NCBI GenBank assembly: GCA_024644435.1
Contig: JAHEKZ010000011.1
Span: forward strand, 1-55,947
Length of the DNA stretch: 55,947 nucleotides
Direction of reading: 5' to 3'
Source of the DNA: Actinomycetes bacterium
GTDB lineage: Bacteria > Actinomycetota > Actinomycetes > JAHEKZ01
In this document: positions 9,759 to 22,163 of the stretch, piece after piece
Position numbering within the stretch: position 1 is the first letter of the stretch
Layout: each line of letters opens with the position of its first letter
The notes under the pieces: model-generated
What the model saw: only the letters and a program-made list of their open reading frames with translations
The model's database searches: none
Told to the model about the DNA's origin: nothing
Program-made: the position numbers and the translations under genes

Positions 9759-10976
9759 GTGGTCCGCTCTGCCGCCGGCAGCCCCCGTGAGGTCGTCTTC
9801 GTCGACGGTGTCCGCACCCCGTTCGGCAAGGCGGGCAGCCGGTACGCCAACACCAGGGCCGACGATCTCATCGTCAAGGTGATTCGCGAGCTGATGCGCC
9901 GCAACCCCGGCCTGCCGCCTGAGCGCATCGACGAGGTGGCGATCGCGGCGACGACCCAGATCGGCGACCAAGGGCTCACCCTCGGGCGAAGCGCCGGCAT
10001 CTTGGCCGGGCTCCCCCAGTCGGTGCCCGGCTACTCGATCGACCGCATGTGCGCGGGCGCCATGACCGCCGTCACCTCGCTCGGCGCCGGCATCGCGGCC
10101 GGCGCCATCGACATCGGCCTCGCCGGAGGCGTCGAGCACATGGGACGACACCCCATCGGCGAGGGCATCGACCCGAACCCGAGGTTTGTTGCTGAACGTC
10201 TCGTCAACCCGGATGCCCTGGTGATGGGCAAGACGGCCGAGAATCTGCACGACCGGTTCCCGCAGCTGACCCGCGAGCGCGCCGACGCATTCGCCGTCGC
10301 CAGTCAGCAGAAGGTCGCCGACGCCTACGCTGCCGGTGCCATCCAGCCAGACCTGGTACCGGTCGCGGTGTGGGCCGAGGGCGGCGGTTGGGACCTCTCG
10401 ACCGCCGACGAGCCCCCGCGTCCAGGAACGACCACCGACACGCTGGCCGAGCTGCGGACGCCGTTCCGTCCGCACGGGCACGTCACGGCCGGCAACGCCG
10501 CCGGCCTCAACGACGGCGCGACCGGTGCCTTGGTCACGTCAGCTGCTGTGGCGGACGAGCTCGGCCTGACGCCGAAGATGCGCATGGTCGGATACGCCTT
10601 TGCCGGAGTCGACCCCGCTCTGATGGGCGTGGGCCCGATCCCGTCGACCGAGCGCGCGCTCACCCGAGCCGGGCTCGCCATCGACGACATCGGCCTGGTC
10701 GAGATCAACGAGGCGTTCGCCGTGCAGGTGCTCGCCTTCCTCGACCACTTCGGCATCGCCGATGACGACCCGATGGTCAACCCCTACGGGGGCGCGATCG
10801 CCTTCGGGCACCCACTCGCCTCATCCGGAATCCGGTTGATGATCCAGCTCGCGCGTCAGTTCGCCGAGCGCCCAGACGTGCAGTACGGCATCACGACGAT
10901 GTGCGTCGGCCTGGGCCAGGGTGGAACGGTCATCTGGGAGAACCCCGGATACACCGGCGAAGGGAGCGCCGCATGA
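9759..10976 (+). CDS. fadA: Acetyl-CoA C-acyltransferase (thiolase)
   Basis: 405-aa. Active-site Cys context IDRMCAGAM, GNAAGLNDGA, C-terminal GHPLASSG and TMCVGLGQG. Confidence 0.9.
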   Translation: MVRSAAGSPREVVFVDGVRTPFGKAGSRYANTRADDLIVKVIRELMRRNPGLPPERIDEVAIAATTQIGDQGLTLGRSAGILAGLPQSVPGYSIDRMCAGAMTAVTSLGAGIAAGAIDIGLAGGVEHMGRHPIGEGIDPNPRFVAERLVNPDALVMGKTAENLHDRFPQLTRERADAFAVASQQKVADAYAAGAIQPDLVPVAVWAEGGGWDLSTADEPPRPGTTTDTLAELRTPFRPHGHVTAGNAAGLNDGATGALVTSAAVADELGLTPKMRMVGYAFAGVDPALMGVGPIPSTERALTRAGLAIDDIGLVEINEAFAVQVLAFLDHFGIADDDPMVNPYGGAIAFGHPLASSGIRLMIQLARQFAERPDVQYGITTMCVGLGQGGTVIWENPGYTGEGSAA

Positions 10977-13063
10977 GCACCAGCCTGCTGCCACCTTTCC
11001 CTGATGAGGTCGTGACCGAAACCAAGATCCACTACGTCGACCTGCCAGGTGATGCTGGCAAGGCCGCGCTGCTGACACTCGACAACGGACGCGACCACAA
11101 GCGTCCCAACACCTTCGGGCCGGCGTCGCTGGCGTCCTTGGAGGCAGCACTCGACGAGGTCGCCGCACGTGACGACCTGGCGGCGGTCTGCCTCACCGGC
11201 AAGCCGTTCATATTCAGCGTCGGAGCCGACCTCAGCGTCTTCCGCCAGCTCACCAGCCACGAGCAGGTGCTCGAGATCGGACGGCTGGGTCACCGCGTGT
11301 TCGGCAAGCTCGCCACGCTGAACGTCCCCAGCTTCGCCTTCATCAACGGTGCGGCCATGGGGGGCGGACTCGAGGTGGCGCTGCACTGCACCTACCGCAC
11401 CGTCTCGTCGGCGGCGCCGGCCTTGGCGCTGCCCGAGGTCTTCCTCGGTCTCATCCCAGGCTGGGGTGGCGCCACCCTGCTGCCGCGCATCGTGGGCCCG
11501 GAGAACGCCGTCACGGTCATCGTGCAGAACCCGCTGACGTTCAACACGATGCTCAAGCCCAAGCAGGCCGCGGCACTGGGCCTCGCCGACGTGATGCTCG
11601 ACGGTGCCGACTTCGTCGAGCAGTCACTCGCCTGGACCGCCTCGGTCGTGAGCGGCGAGGTGTCGGTCGCACGCCCCGACGTGACCGACGAGGCGTGGGA
11701 CGCCGCCCTGGCCAGGGCACGTGGGGTCGTCTCTGCACGCACCAAGGAAGTACCTCCCGCCCCTCGGCGCGCACTCGACCTGGTGGCCAACGCCCGCACG
11801 GCGTCACTGGCTGACGGGTTCGCCGCCGAGGACCAGGCGCTGGCCGACCTCACGCTCAGCCCTGAGCTGGCGGCCTCGCTCTACGCATTCGACCTGGTGC
11901 AGAAGCGCGCCAAGCGCCCGGTCGGCGTCCCGGAGGTCGACCCGGCACCGGTCACCTTCGTCGGTCTGGTGGGCGCCGGGCTGATGGCCCGCCAGCTCGC
12001 CGTCCTGATCGCCGAGAAGATGGGCGTACCGGTGCACCTGGTCGACATCGACGACGACGCGGTGACTCGGGCTCAGGCCGCGCTCACGGACGACCTGCAG
12101 GCTCGCGCGGCCAAGGGACGTCTGCGCCCCGACCTGGCCGCACGGCTGCAGCAACAGATCACCATGGGTACCGACCGGAAGGCACTCGCAGACGCCGACC
12201 TGGTCATCGAGGCGGTGGTCGAGGACCTGACCGTGAAGCGCCAGGTCTTCGCCGATCTCGAGGATGTCGTGCGCGATGACTGCGTGATCGCGACCAACAC
12301 CTCGTCGCTGCCCGTCTCTCTCATGGCCAAGGGGCTGCGTCACCCCGAGCGTGTCGTCGGGCTGCACTTCTTCAACCCGGTCGCCGTGATGCAGCTGGTC
12401 GAGGTCGTCCGCGCGCAGCAGTCCGACGACCGTGCCATCGCCACCGCCTTCGCGGTCACCAGGCAGCTGAAGAAGTCAGCTGTTCTCGTCGTCGACTCCC
12501 CCGGGTTCGTCGTCAACCGGGTGCTGATCCGGCTGCTCGCCGAGGTCATGAGCGCGGTCGACGAAGGAGCCGACTTCGCGACCGTCGACGGGAGCCTCGA
12601 CCCGTTGGGCATGCCGATGTCGCCCTTCGCCCTGCTCGAACTCGTCGGTACCGGCGTCGCTGCGCACGTCGTCGGCGCGATGCACCAGGCATTCCCCGAC
12701 CGGTTCACTGCCTCACCAACCCTCGATGCGCTGGCAGCAGGCGGTTTCCGCACGGTGTACGACACCGAGCGAGGGGCACCGTCGATCGACCCGGCGGTCG
12801 CAGCGCTGGTGCCGACGAGCGCCAGCCCACCGTCCGCGGACGACGTACGTGGTCGCGTCCTCCGGTCCCTGGCCCAAGAGATCGGCCTGATGCTCGACGA
12901 AGGCGTCGTGGCATCGGCGGCCGACATCGACCTGTGCATGGTGCTCGGTGCCGGCTGGCCTTTCTGGCTGGGAGGGATCACTCCGTACCTCGACCGTTCC
13001 AGGGTTGCCGTCGAGGTCCGCGGCCGCACCTTCCATGACGGGGCGCCGGACGCTAGCCGCTGA
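10973..13063 (+). CDS. fadB: Bifunctional enoyl-CoA hydratase / 3-hydroxyacyl-CoA dehydrogenase
   Basis: Start at ATG 10973 (MSTSLLPPFPDE) overlapping the fadA stop as ATGA. Crotonase motifs FSVGADL and GAAMGGGLEVALHC. NAD fold VGLVGAGLMARQLA. HFFNPV motif. Confidence 0.9.
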   Translation: MSTSLLPPFPDEVVTETKIHYVDLPGDAGKAALLTLDNGRDHKRPNTFGPASLASLEAALDEVAARDDLAAVCLTGKPFIFSVGADLSVFRQLTSHEQVLEIGRLGHRVFGKLATLNVPSFAFINGAAMGGGLEVALHCTYRTVSSAAPALALPEVFLGLIPGWGGATLLPRIVGPENAVTVIVQNPLTFNTMLKPKQAAALGLADVMLDGADFVEQSLAWTASVVSGEVSVARPDVTDEAWDAALARARGVVSARTKEVPPAPRRALDLVANARTASLADGFAAEDQALADLTLSPELAASLYAFDLVQKRAKRPVGVPEVDPAPVTFVGLVGAGLMARQLAVLIAEKMGVPVHLVDIDDDAVTRAQAALTDDLQARAAKGRLRPDLAARLQQQITMGTDRKALADADLVIEAVVEDLTVKRQVFADLEDVVRDDCVIATNTSSLPVSLMAKGLRHPERVVGLHFFNPVAVMQLVEVVRAQQSDDRAIATAFAVTRQLKKSAVLVVDSPGFVVNRVLIRLLAEVMSAVDEGADFATVDGSLDPLGMPMSPFALLELVGTGVAAHVVGAMHQAFPDRFTASPTLDALAAGGFRTVYDTERGAPSIDPAVAALVPTSASPPSADDVRGRVLRSLAQEIGLMLDEGVVASAADIDLCMVLGAGWPFWLGGITPYLDRSRVAVEVRGRTFHDGAPDASR

Positions 13064-14129
13064 CGCCCACGACCCGCTCGTCGGACGAGAGCTCCACCTG
13101 CCTGAGCTGCTCGGGGTCGGCACCCTCGTGCCACGCGACGACGTCGCCGCCGGCGAGGGGGACGATCAGCCATCCCCCGGGTCCGGCCAGCGGTTGCGCC
13201 CCCAGGGCGGGCTCGAGCCCGTCGACCATCGTGAGACTGTCTGGCGGCCCCACCGCCAATCCGGTGCGACCCGCCTCGTTCTTGACCACCACCGCAACGC
13301 CGTCGACAGCCGGCACCAGCCGTGGCGTGCTCACGTCGAACCACCCCATCGGAGTCGCCACGTCCGTACGGTCGCCGGTGGACACATCGACCATCGCCGT
13401 CGAGCAGCCGGTGGTCAGGCACCCAGTGCTGACCAGTGCGTAGTGGTCGCTGACCTCCCGCACTCCGATCACCCGGCCGAGACCGCGCACCTTCTCCTGA
13501 AGCTGCGGGTCCCACAGAGCCAGTCGCTGGCCCCTGAAGACTCCCTGAAGGACCACCAGCCCGTCGTCGGTCGCCCCCTTCACCTGCAGCCCGGGTGGGA
13601 CGGTGAAGACCTTGGACCGCCACGTCCCGTACGCACTGGCCAAGGCGGCTCCACCGGCGGTCGGCGGGTCGGAGTTGACCACGAGCCAGACCGATGAGGG
13701 CGACGCCGGCACCACGAGGTCGGCCTCGCCCACCGGCTGGGGCGGTTCACCCGCGCGATAGCTGACAACGGAGTCTGCGAACGCCGCGTCGCCGGACGAG
13801 TACTGCACCACGACACCTGAGCCCACGACCGTGGCCGGCTGGCCGTCCGCCCGCTCGCGCCCACCACTGGTCGCGTCGTCGGTCACAGGCGTGCGCTCGC
13901 CGGTGTCGACGTCGACCCAGGTCAGACCGGAGGCTCCGTCCGTGAGCAGCCGCAGGCCCGTTGGCGCGGGACCGGTCTGCCACGGCTGAGCCTGGAAGAG
14001 CCCCCACCCAGCCAGTACCAGAAGCAGCACGGTCACCAGTCCGATGCGCACCGGCCTGGGGACGCCCGGAACCACCCGGGCCGGCCGCGACGGACCGGCG
14101 TCCAACACGTCCAGCTCGGTCAGCGCCAT
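13053..14129 (-). CDS. Hypothetical membrane-anchored protein with beta-rich extracytoplasmic domain
   Basis: Start placed at ATG 14129 (MALTELDV...). One TM helix (IGLVTVLLLVLAGWGLF) followed by about 300 aa rich in G/V/D/T. No recognisable catalytic motif. Confidence 0.5.
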   Translation of the reverse strand: MALTELDVLDAGPSRPARVVPGVPRPVRIGLVTVLLLVLAGWGLFQAQPWQTGPAPTGLRLLTDGASGLTWVDVDTGERTPVTDDATSGGRERADGQPATVVGSGVVVQYSSGDAAFADSVVSYRAGEPPQPVGEADLVVPASPSSVWLVVNSDPPTAGGAALASAYGTWRSKVFTVPPGLQVKGATDDGLVVLQGVFRGQRLALWDPQLQEKVRGLGRVIGVREVSDHYALVSTGCLTTGCSTAMVDVSTGDRTDVATPMGWFDVSTPRLVPAVDGVAVVVKNEAGRTGLAVGPPDSLTMVDGLEPALGAQPLAGPGGWLIVPLAGGDVVAWHEGADPEQLRQVELSSDERVVGVSG

Positions 14130-14343
14130 CCCCACACAGTGAGGGGCGCACGGTCGGACGGCAACCGGTGGCCCGGGTAGTCGCGCAGCCACGAGGGGTG
14201 ACCAGGCGTGCAGAAGGGTGGCCTCAGCCGGACCGCGGGCGCCATGTACCGGCACGGTCTACCGTCGGAAGGTGGACACCCCGGACCCTGGCCCGCTGCC
14301 TCCTTCGTCAACCGCGTTGCGAAGGACGGTTCTGGCGGTCTCG

Positions 14344-15129
14344 GTGCTCGACAGTGTCGACCTCTTCCCCCGCGACGACCGCGTGACACTGGTCGGCGAC
14401 CACCCCGACATCGAGCTGAGCTGGGCCGAGATCAGCGGAGCCCTGGCCGGTAGCGACCCCGACTCCGACACCGCACGCAGCCGTCTGCGCACCTGGGTCC
14501 GGCTCCGGGCCGGCCTCGCGCGGCTCGGAGACCCGACGCTGTACGCCCGACCAGTCGGGCTGCCACCCGGGCACCCCCTTCATCCAGGCCCCCAGTGGGT
14601 CCAGACGCGCGTTCCCGGAGAGGCCCTTGACCTCGGGCTCGGCGTACTCGGACTGCTCGACGACCCGGACGAGGTCGTGGTGGTGCCACCATCGCTTCTT
14701 CGTGCAGCGGGGATCGACATCTCCGAGTGGTGGCCGCGGCAGGCCCTCGAGCTCGAGCGGACCGGACGGCTGGCCGCAGAGCGCCTGCTCCGCGAGGGAG
14801 CCGCCCCGCTTCGACCGTTCGGCGACCTCGACGTGCTCACGCTCCTCGGGTCGACCGCCTACCGGCGTGCACTCTGCGAGGCCGACCCGGTCGGCTGGCG
14901 CACGGCGGCCGTCCCCATGCGGACGCGCGGGTGGCTCGACCTCGGGCGGATCGACCCGGCCTTCGCCGCGGCGGCCGCCCTCGCTACCGAGCCGGACGAA
15001 CGCGGGTTCGAGCGTGCGGTGTTCGTCACGCCGGAGGAGATCGTCATGGTCAGCTCACTGGGGCGATCGGCACGCCATGCGCTCGAAGACCCTCCAGCTG
15101 GCGTCGACCCGTGGCTCCGGGGTCGTTAG
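14344..15129 (+). CDS. Conserved hypothetical protein
   Basis: Track ORF 14218..15129. The in-frame GTG at 14344 (VLDSVDLFPRDD) is a plausible start. Coding-like codon bias, no recognisable domain. Confidence 0.45.
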   Translation: MLDSVDLFPRDDRVTLVGDHPDIELSWAEISGALAGSDPDSDTARSRLRTWVRLRAGLARLGDPTLYARPVGLPPGHPLHPGPQWVQTRVPGEALDLGLGVLGLLDDPDEVVVVPPSLLRAAGIDISEWWPRQALELERTGRLAAERLLREGAAPLRPFGDLDVLTLLGSTAYRRALCEADPVGWRTAAVPMRTRGWLDLGRIDPAFAAAAALATEPDERGFERAVFVTPEEIVMVSSLGRSARHALEDPPAGVDPWLRGR

Positions 15130-15153
15130 CCCTCGGACGTCACCTGGGGGCTG

Positions 15154-17082
15154 CTAGTTCTGGGACTGGGGTCGCTCGTCGACTGAGGCAGCCGCGTCCG
15201 GCAGCGACATCGACGACAGCCCGCTGACCCGTTCGACGACGGCGCGCGCGACGTGCTGAGCCGTGAGCCCCTTGGCCTCCAGCAGGTCGGCGCGTTTGGC
15301 GTGCTCGAGGAACTCTTGGGGGATCCCGACGATGTGCACCGGGGTGGAGACCTCGGCGTCCTGCATCTCCTCGGTGATGGTGGCCCCGACGCCGCCAACC
15401 CGGAGGTTGTCCTCGAGCGTGACGACGAGGCGGAAACCAGCCGTCAGCGAGATCAGGTCTGGCGACACCGGCTTGACCCAGCGCGGGTCGACAACGGTGA
15501 CGCCGATCCCCTGGTCGTCCAGCCGGTCGGCGACCTCGAGCGCACACCCGACCATGGCACCGACTGCCACGATCAGCACGTCGCTAGCGCCTGAGCGATG
15601 GAGCACATCGGTGGTACCGACCTGGTCGACAGCCTCGACGTCGGCGGGCAGCGCCCCTTTCGGGTACCGCAGCAGCGTGGGGGCGTCATCCACGGCGATC
15701 GCCTCCGCGAAGAGCTCACGGAGCCTCAGTCCGTCACGCGGCACCGCGATCTGCAGCCCAGGAACCGTCTGAAAGATGGACAGGTCCCACATGCCGTTGT
15801 GCGACGCCCCGTCGTCACCAGTGATACCGGCCCGGTCGAGGACGAACGTGACGGCGGCATTGTGCAGGGCGACGTCAAGCAGCACCTGGTCGTAGGCACG
15901 GTTCATGAACGTGGCGTAGACCGCGACCACCGGGTGCATCCCCCCGAAGGCCAGGCCGGCAGCCGACGTGACCGCGTGCTGCTCGGCGATCCCGACGTCG
16001 AAGACACGATCGGGGAATGCTTCGGCGAATGGGCCGAGCCCCACCGGCTGCAGCATGGCTGCGGTGATGGCCACGATGTCGTCGCGCTGCTGCGCAGCCG
16101 TCACGATCGCCTCTGAGAAGACACCGGTCCAGGTGGGGCCGGACGCCGTGATGGCGCGCCCGGTCTCGGGGTCGATCACACCGACACCGTGGAACCGGTC
16201 GGCGTCATCGTTCTCGGCCGGCGCGTAGCCCAACCCCTTGCGGGTCAGTGCATGCACGATGACCGGGCCACGGAATGCCTTGGCTCGGCGTAGGGCGTGC
16301 TCGAGCTCTTCGACGTCGTGACCATCCACCGGCCCGACGTACTTCAGCCCGAGGTCTTCGAAGAGCCCCTGCGGCGCCACCATGTCCTTCAGGCCCTTCT
16401 TCATGCCGTGCAGGGTGTCGAACAGGGGCTGCCCCACGACAGGGGTACGGCCGAGCAGCGACCGACCCCAGCCCAGGAACCGCTCGTACCCGCGAGTGGT
16501 GCGCAAGGTGGCCAGATGGTGGGCGAGGCCGCCGATCGTCGGCGCATACGAGCGTTCGTTGTCGTTGACGACGATGACGACCGGGCGGTCAGGTGCCCCG
16601 GCCAGGTTGTTGAGCGCCTCCCACGACATGCCGCCCGTGAGCGCTCCGTCTCCGACGACAGCGGCGACGGTACGGCTGCGTTCTTGCCGCAGCTCGAACG
16701 CCTTGGCGATCCCGTCGGCGTACGACAGCGCGGTGGAGGCATGCGAGTTCTCGATGACGTCATGCCCGGACTCAGCACGCGAGGGGTAGCCGGACAGACC
16801 GTCCCGCTGCCTCAGCGAGCCGAAGTCCTGGCGACCGGTGAGCAGCTTGTGAACATAGGCCTGGTGCCCGGTGTCCCAGAGGATGACGTCGCGTGGGCTG
16901 TCGAACACCCGGTGCAGCGCGATCGTGAGCTCGACCACGCCGAGGTTGGGCCCGAGATGGCCACCGGTACGCGAGACATTCTCGACCAGGAATGAGCGGA
17001 TCTCGACGGCCAGCTGCTCGAGCTCTGCGGCGTCCAGGGCTTGGACGTCGGCCGGCGTGGCGATCTGGGAGAGCAGCGACAC
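15154..17082 (-). CDS. dxs: 1-deoxy-D-xylulose-5-phosphate synthase
   Basis: 642-aa. [21 protein letters not shown], thiamine-diphosphate motif [16 protein letters not shown], transketolase-like middle and C-terminal domains. Confidence 0.95.
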   Translation of the reverse strand: MSLLSQIATPADVQALDAAELEQLAVEIRSFLVENVSRTGGHLGPNLGVVELTIALHRVFDSPRDVILWDTGHQAYVHKLLTGRQDFGSLRQRDGLSGYPSRAESGHDVIENSHASTALSYADGIAKAFELRQERSRTVAAVVGDGALTGGMSWEALNNLAGAPDRPVVIVVNDNERSYAPTIGGLAHHLATLRTTRGYERFLGWGRSLLGRTPVVGQPLFDTLHGMKKGLKDMVAPQGLFEDLGLKYVGPVDGHDVEELEHALRRAKAFRGPVIVHALTRKGLGYAPAENDDADRFHGVGVIDPETGRAITASGPTWTGVFSEAIVTAAQQRDDIVAITAAMLQPVGLGPFAEAFPDRVFDVGIAEQHAVTSAAGLAFGGMHPVVAVYATFMNRAYDQVLLDVALHNAAVTFVLDRAGITGDDGASHNGMWDLSIFQTVPGLQIAVPRDGLRLRELFAEAIAVDDAPTLLRYPKGALPADVEAVDQVGTTDVLHRSGASDVLIVAVGAMVGCALEVADRLDDQGIGVTVVDPRWVKPVSPDLISLTAGFRLVVTLEDNLRVGGVGATITEEMQDAEVSTPVHIVGIPQEFLEHAKRADLLEAKGLTAQHVARAVVERVSGLSSMSLPDAAASVDERPQSQN

Positions 17083-17186
17083 TACGGTGCTCCTCCCGAG
17101 TCGTCATCGCAGCGGCCGGCCCGGACGGCCGACCGACTACCCAGTCTAGGGCCGCCGAGCGGGTGCGGCGCGCTCTCGCCGCCGTA

Positions 17187-17561
17187 CTACAACTTGGCCA
17201 CGAACGACTCGCCGCGCAGCGCCCTGCCCACGAGGTCGACCTCGCGACGTCGGGCGAGCAGGGCTGCCCCTTCACGTTCGAGGGCTTGCAGCATCTCGGC
17301 CAGCACCTCAGGGGTGGCGTCCTCACGCAGCTCGGCACGGGCACGGGAGTACGAGGCTCTGGCCGACTCGAGCTGGGCCTCGACCAGCGCCTGCACCCGC
17401 CAGGCGAGCAGGATCGGCTGCCTGGCATAGAGCGGCTCGGTGCGGAAGTCGCCTGGCGCGAGATCAAGCAGGTAGGCGACGGCGCGTGGTTCCCACCCCT
17501 CAGCCCTCGGGGGCGGAACGGACTTGGGCCAGCCGGGTGGGGGTCGGCGCTGCGTGGTCAC
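17187..17561 (-). CDS. Hypothetical helical protein
   Basis: 124-aa ORF, coding-like codon bias, no recognised domain. Confidence 0.45.
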   Translation of the reverse strand: MTTQRRPPPGWPKSVPPPRAEGWEPRAVAYLLDLAPGDFRTEPLYARQPILLAWRVQALVEAQLESARASYSRARAELREDATPEVLAEMLQALEREGAALLARRREVDLVGRALRGESFVAKL

Positions 17562-17643
17562 GGCCCGAGCCTGACACGTCCCCCCGACAGCGTGACGTCG
17601 ACCGCGGCTCGCGTCCTCTCAGGAGCCTGAGATACTTCTCCGC

Positions 17644-18075
17644 ATGGTCGCGTGGGCAGCAGGCATGAAGGTACTCGTCAAGTGGGGGCCGGTCGTCTTC
17701 GCAGCCGGCAAGAAGGCGTTGCCCTACCTGAAGGACAACCCCGCAGCCCAGCGGTTCGTGGCCTCCATGGCCGAGCAGACCGCCGCACTACCGGCCAAGC
17801 TCAGCACCGAAGGACGCGTCAAACGCAAGATCTCGGCCGTCCAGGTGTCACTGGCCGAGGCCGCCACGGTCGGGGTCGACCCACTGGCCTACGCGCGGTG
17901 GCGCGAAGAGCTCGACGAGATGTCACGCACGGTGGTGCTGGCCCGCGCCGCTGGCCGGCCGCAACGACGCCTGCTCCTGAAGCGGTGCGAGCGGCGCCTC
18001 GACTCGCTGGTCGCCGAGATCCTTCCTCAGCTCACCCGCCGGCACCCGCAGCCCCCGCCGCAGCTGCCCGGCTAA
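17644..18075 (+). CDS. Hypothetical protein (alternative start ATG 17665, MKVLVKWG)
   Basis: 143-aa ORF divergent from 17187..17561. Short N-terminal hydrophobic stretch, then charged helices. No recognised domain. Confidence 0.45.
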   Translation: MVAWAAGMKVLVKWGPVVFAAGKKALPYLKDNPAAQRFVASMAEQTAALPAKLSTEGRVKRKISAVQVSLAEAATVGVDPLAYARWREELDEMSRTVVLARAAGRPQRRLLLKRCERRLDSLVAEILPQLTRRHPQPPPQLPG

Positions 18076-18102
18076 GGGTTCACGGCCCACGCCGAACCTG
18101 CC

Positions 18103-18159
18103 GAGTGGCACGAAACTGTCCACCGAGGCCGGCCCCAGTCAGCGGTTTCGTAGCACTCG
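18103..18159. repeat. 57-nt imperfect hairpin element, copy B (see copy A at 52130..52186)
   Basis: GAGTGGCACGAAACTGTCCACCG...CGGTTTCGTAGCACTCG. Arms pair 5 bp + 2-nt mismatch + 7 bp. Lies 38 nt beyond the acn stop, in the convergent gap with 17644..18075. Confidence 0.6.
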
Positions 18160-18197
18160 CGGGTTGGGACGGGCTCTGGAGACCAATCCGGGCCAGG

Positions 18198-20888
<2,691 letters not shown>

Positions 20889-20941
20889 CGGGGACTCCTC
20901 AGTGGTGTGGGGTTCTTCTACCTGATCCTGCCGGATGGTAT

Positions 20942-20961
20942 TTATCTTGATGTCAAGATAA
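20942..20961. promoter_or_regulatory. AT-rich perfect 9-2-9 palindrome TTATCTTGA-TG-TCAAGATAA, 54-73 nt upstream of the acn start
   Basis: Read directly. It overlaps the stop codon (20953-20955) of the upstream methyltransferase gene. The minus-strand reading contains TTGACA. It stands out as the most AT-rich spot in this part of the window. Confidence 0.45.
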
Positions 20962-22119
20962 CACGAGAAGGGCCACGCACTCGATGTGGTGCGTCATCGG
21001 AAACAGGTCGAACGCCCGCAGGGCCGACAACCGGTAACCGGCCTCCGCGAAGTACGCAACGTCGCGTCCGAGGGCCGCCGGATCACAGGCGACGTAGACG
21101 ACCGCGCGTGGACGCCACGCCGCTACCGCCTCGACCACGGGGCGCTTGGCCCCCATCCGCGGTGGGTCCAGCACCACGACGTCGGGGCTCAGCTTGGCCG
21201 CCTTGGCCAGGTAGTGCTCGACCGCGACGGCGTGCACCTGGGCCAGCGGCAGGTCTGACAGGTTCACCTCGGCATCGGTGGCCGCGGTTCGATGTCCCTC
21301 GACCACGTCGACCCGCCCCCCGGTCCGGCTGCCCCACACGCCGGCAAAGAGCCCGACCCCGGCGTAGAGATCGACCAGGTGCTCATCGGGCTGTGGGGCT
21401 GCCAGCTCCATGACGGCGTCGACGAGCGCATCGGCCGCCATGGGGTGTACCTGCCAGAACCCTCCGGAGGACACCTGCCACCACCGGCCGGCCGCCCTGC
21501 GCCGCAGTGACTCGCGTCCTCGGGCCTGGCCCACCTGGACGGCGCGTTCGTCATCCTCTGGCGACGTCGTCACCGAGACCTCGTCGACGCCGGGCCAACG
21601 GGTGGAGGTGATCTCGGGGACATCAACGAGCGGATGGGCGATCACGCACTCGTCGATGGCGACGACGTCGTGCGATCGGTGTCGCAGGAGCCCTGCGCGT
21701 CCTTCGTCGTCGACGGCGAAGCGAACGCGGGTACGCCACCTGAGGCCGGGCTGCTCGGGGTCGATGTCTGGCACGGGGGCCACGTCACCTGACCAGTCGA
21801 CACCTGACCAGTCGACCTTCCCGAGCCTGGTCAGCTGTTCGCGCACGACGGCAGCCTTGAGCCCACGCTGGGCCCCGACCGTGGCGTGCTGGAAGTCGCA
21901 CCCACCGCAGGTACCGGCGTAGGGGCACGGCGGCTCAACCCGGTCAGGCGAGGAATCGAGCACCTCCACCAGCTCAGCACGCAGGTAGCGCCCCTTCGGC
22001 CCCTCTTCGGAGACCCGAACCCGCACGTGTTCACCTGGCAGGACGTGGCGTACGAAGAGCACTCTCCCCTCATGCCTGGCCACGCAGTGCCCACCATGCG
22101 CGACCGGACCCACCGTCAC
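20953..22119 (-). CDS. RumA/TrmA-family SAM-dependent RNA (uracil-5)-methyltransferase
   Basis: 388-aa. Fe-S cysteine cluster [17 protein letters not shown] motif [13 protein letters not shown]-terminal [13 protein letters not shown]. Confidence 0.85.
   Translation of the reverse strand: MTVGPVAHGGHCVARHEGRVLFVRHVLPGEHVRVRVSEEGPKGRYLRAELVEVLDSSPDRVEPPCPYAGTCGGCDFQHATVGAQRGLKAAVVREQLTRLGKVDWSGVDWSGDVAPVPDIDPEQPGLRWRTRVRFAVDDEGRAGLLRHRSHDVVAIDECVIAHPLVDVPEITSTRWPGVDEVSVTTSPEDDERAVQVGQARGRESLRRRAAGRWWQVSSGGFWQVHPMAADALVDAVMELAAPQPDEHLVDLYAGVGLFAGVWGSRTGGRVDVVEGHRTAATDAEVNLSDLPLAQVHAVAVEHYLAKAAKLSPDVVVLDPPRMGAKRPVVEAVAAWRPRAVVYVACDPAALGRDVAYFAEAGYRLSALRAFDLFPMTHHIECVALLVLS
21786..21815. repeat. 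Perfect in-frame 15-nt tandem duplication (CACCTGACCAGTCGA x2) inside the methyltransferase gene
   Basis: 21786-21800 is identical to 21801-21815. It encodes the duplicated pentapeptide [10 protein letters not shown] on the minus strand. Confidence 0.9.
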
Positions 22120-22163
22120 TGAGACGACATCACCAACAGTCAGCGACGTCGCCTGGGGGCTGG

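Noticed and set aside
12340-13623. 427-aa minus-strand ORF spanning the fadB 3' end and the next gene
   Set aside because: It is antisense to fadB for most of its length and out of frame with the better-supported 13053..14129 gene. Its sequence is Arg/Gly/Ala-rich.
17083-17186. Possible TPP riboswitch or other leader upstream of dxs
   Set aside because: The 104-nt region lacks the conserved CUGAGA and ACCUGA-type TPP aptamer elements, and I could see no convincing multi-stem fold.
17562-17643. C-run hairpin (GTCCCCCCGAC) reminiscent of actinobacterial 6C RNA
   Set aside because: There is only one short C-rich loop and a 5-bp stem. The two-hairpin 6C architecture is absent.
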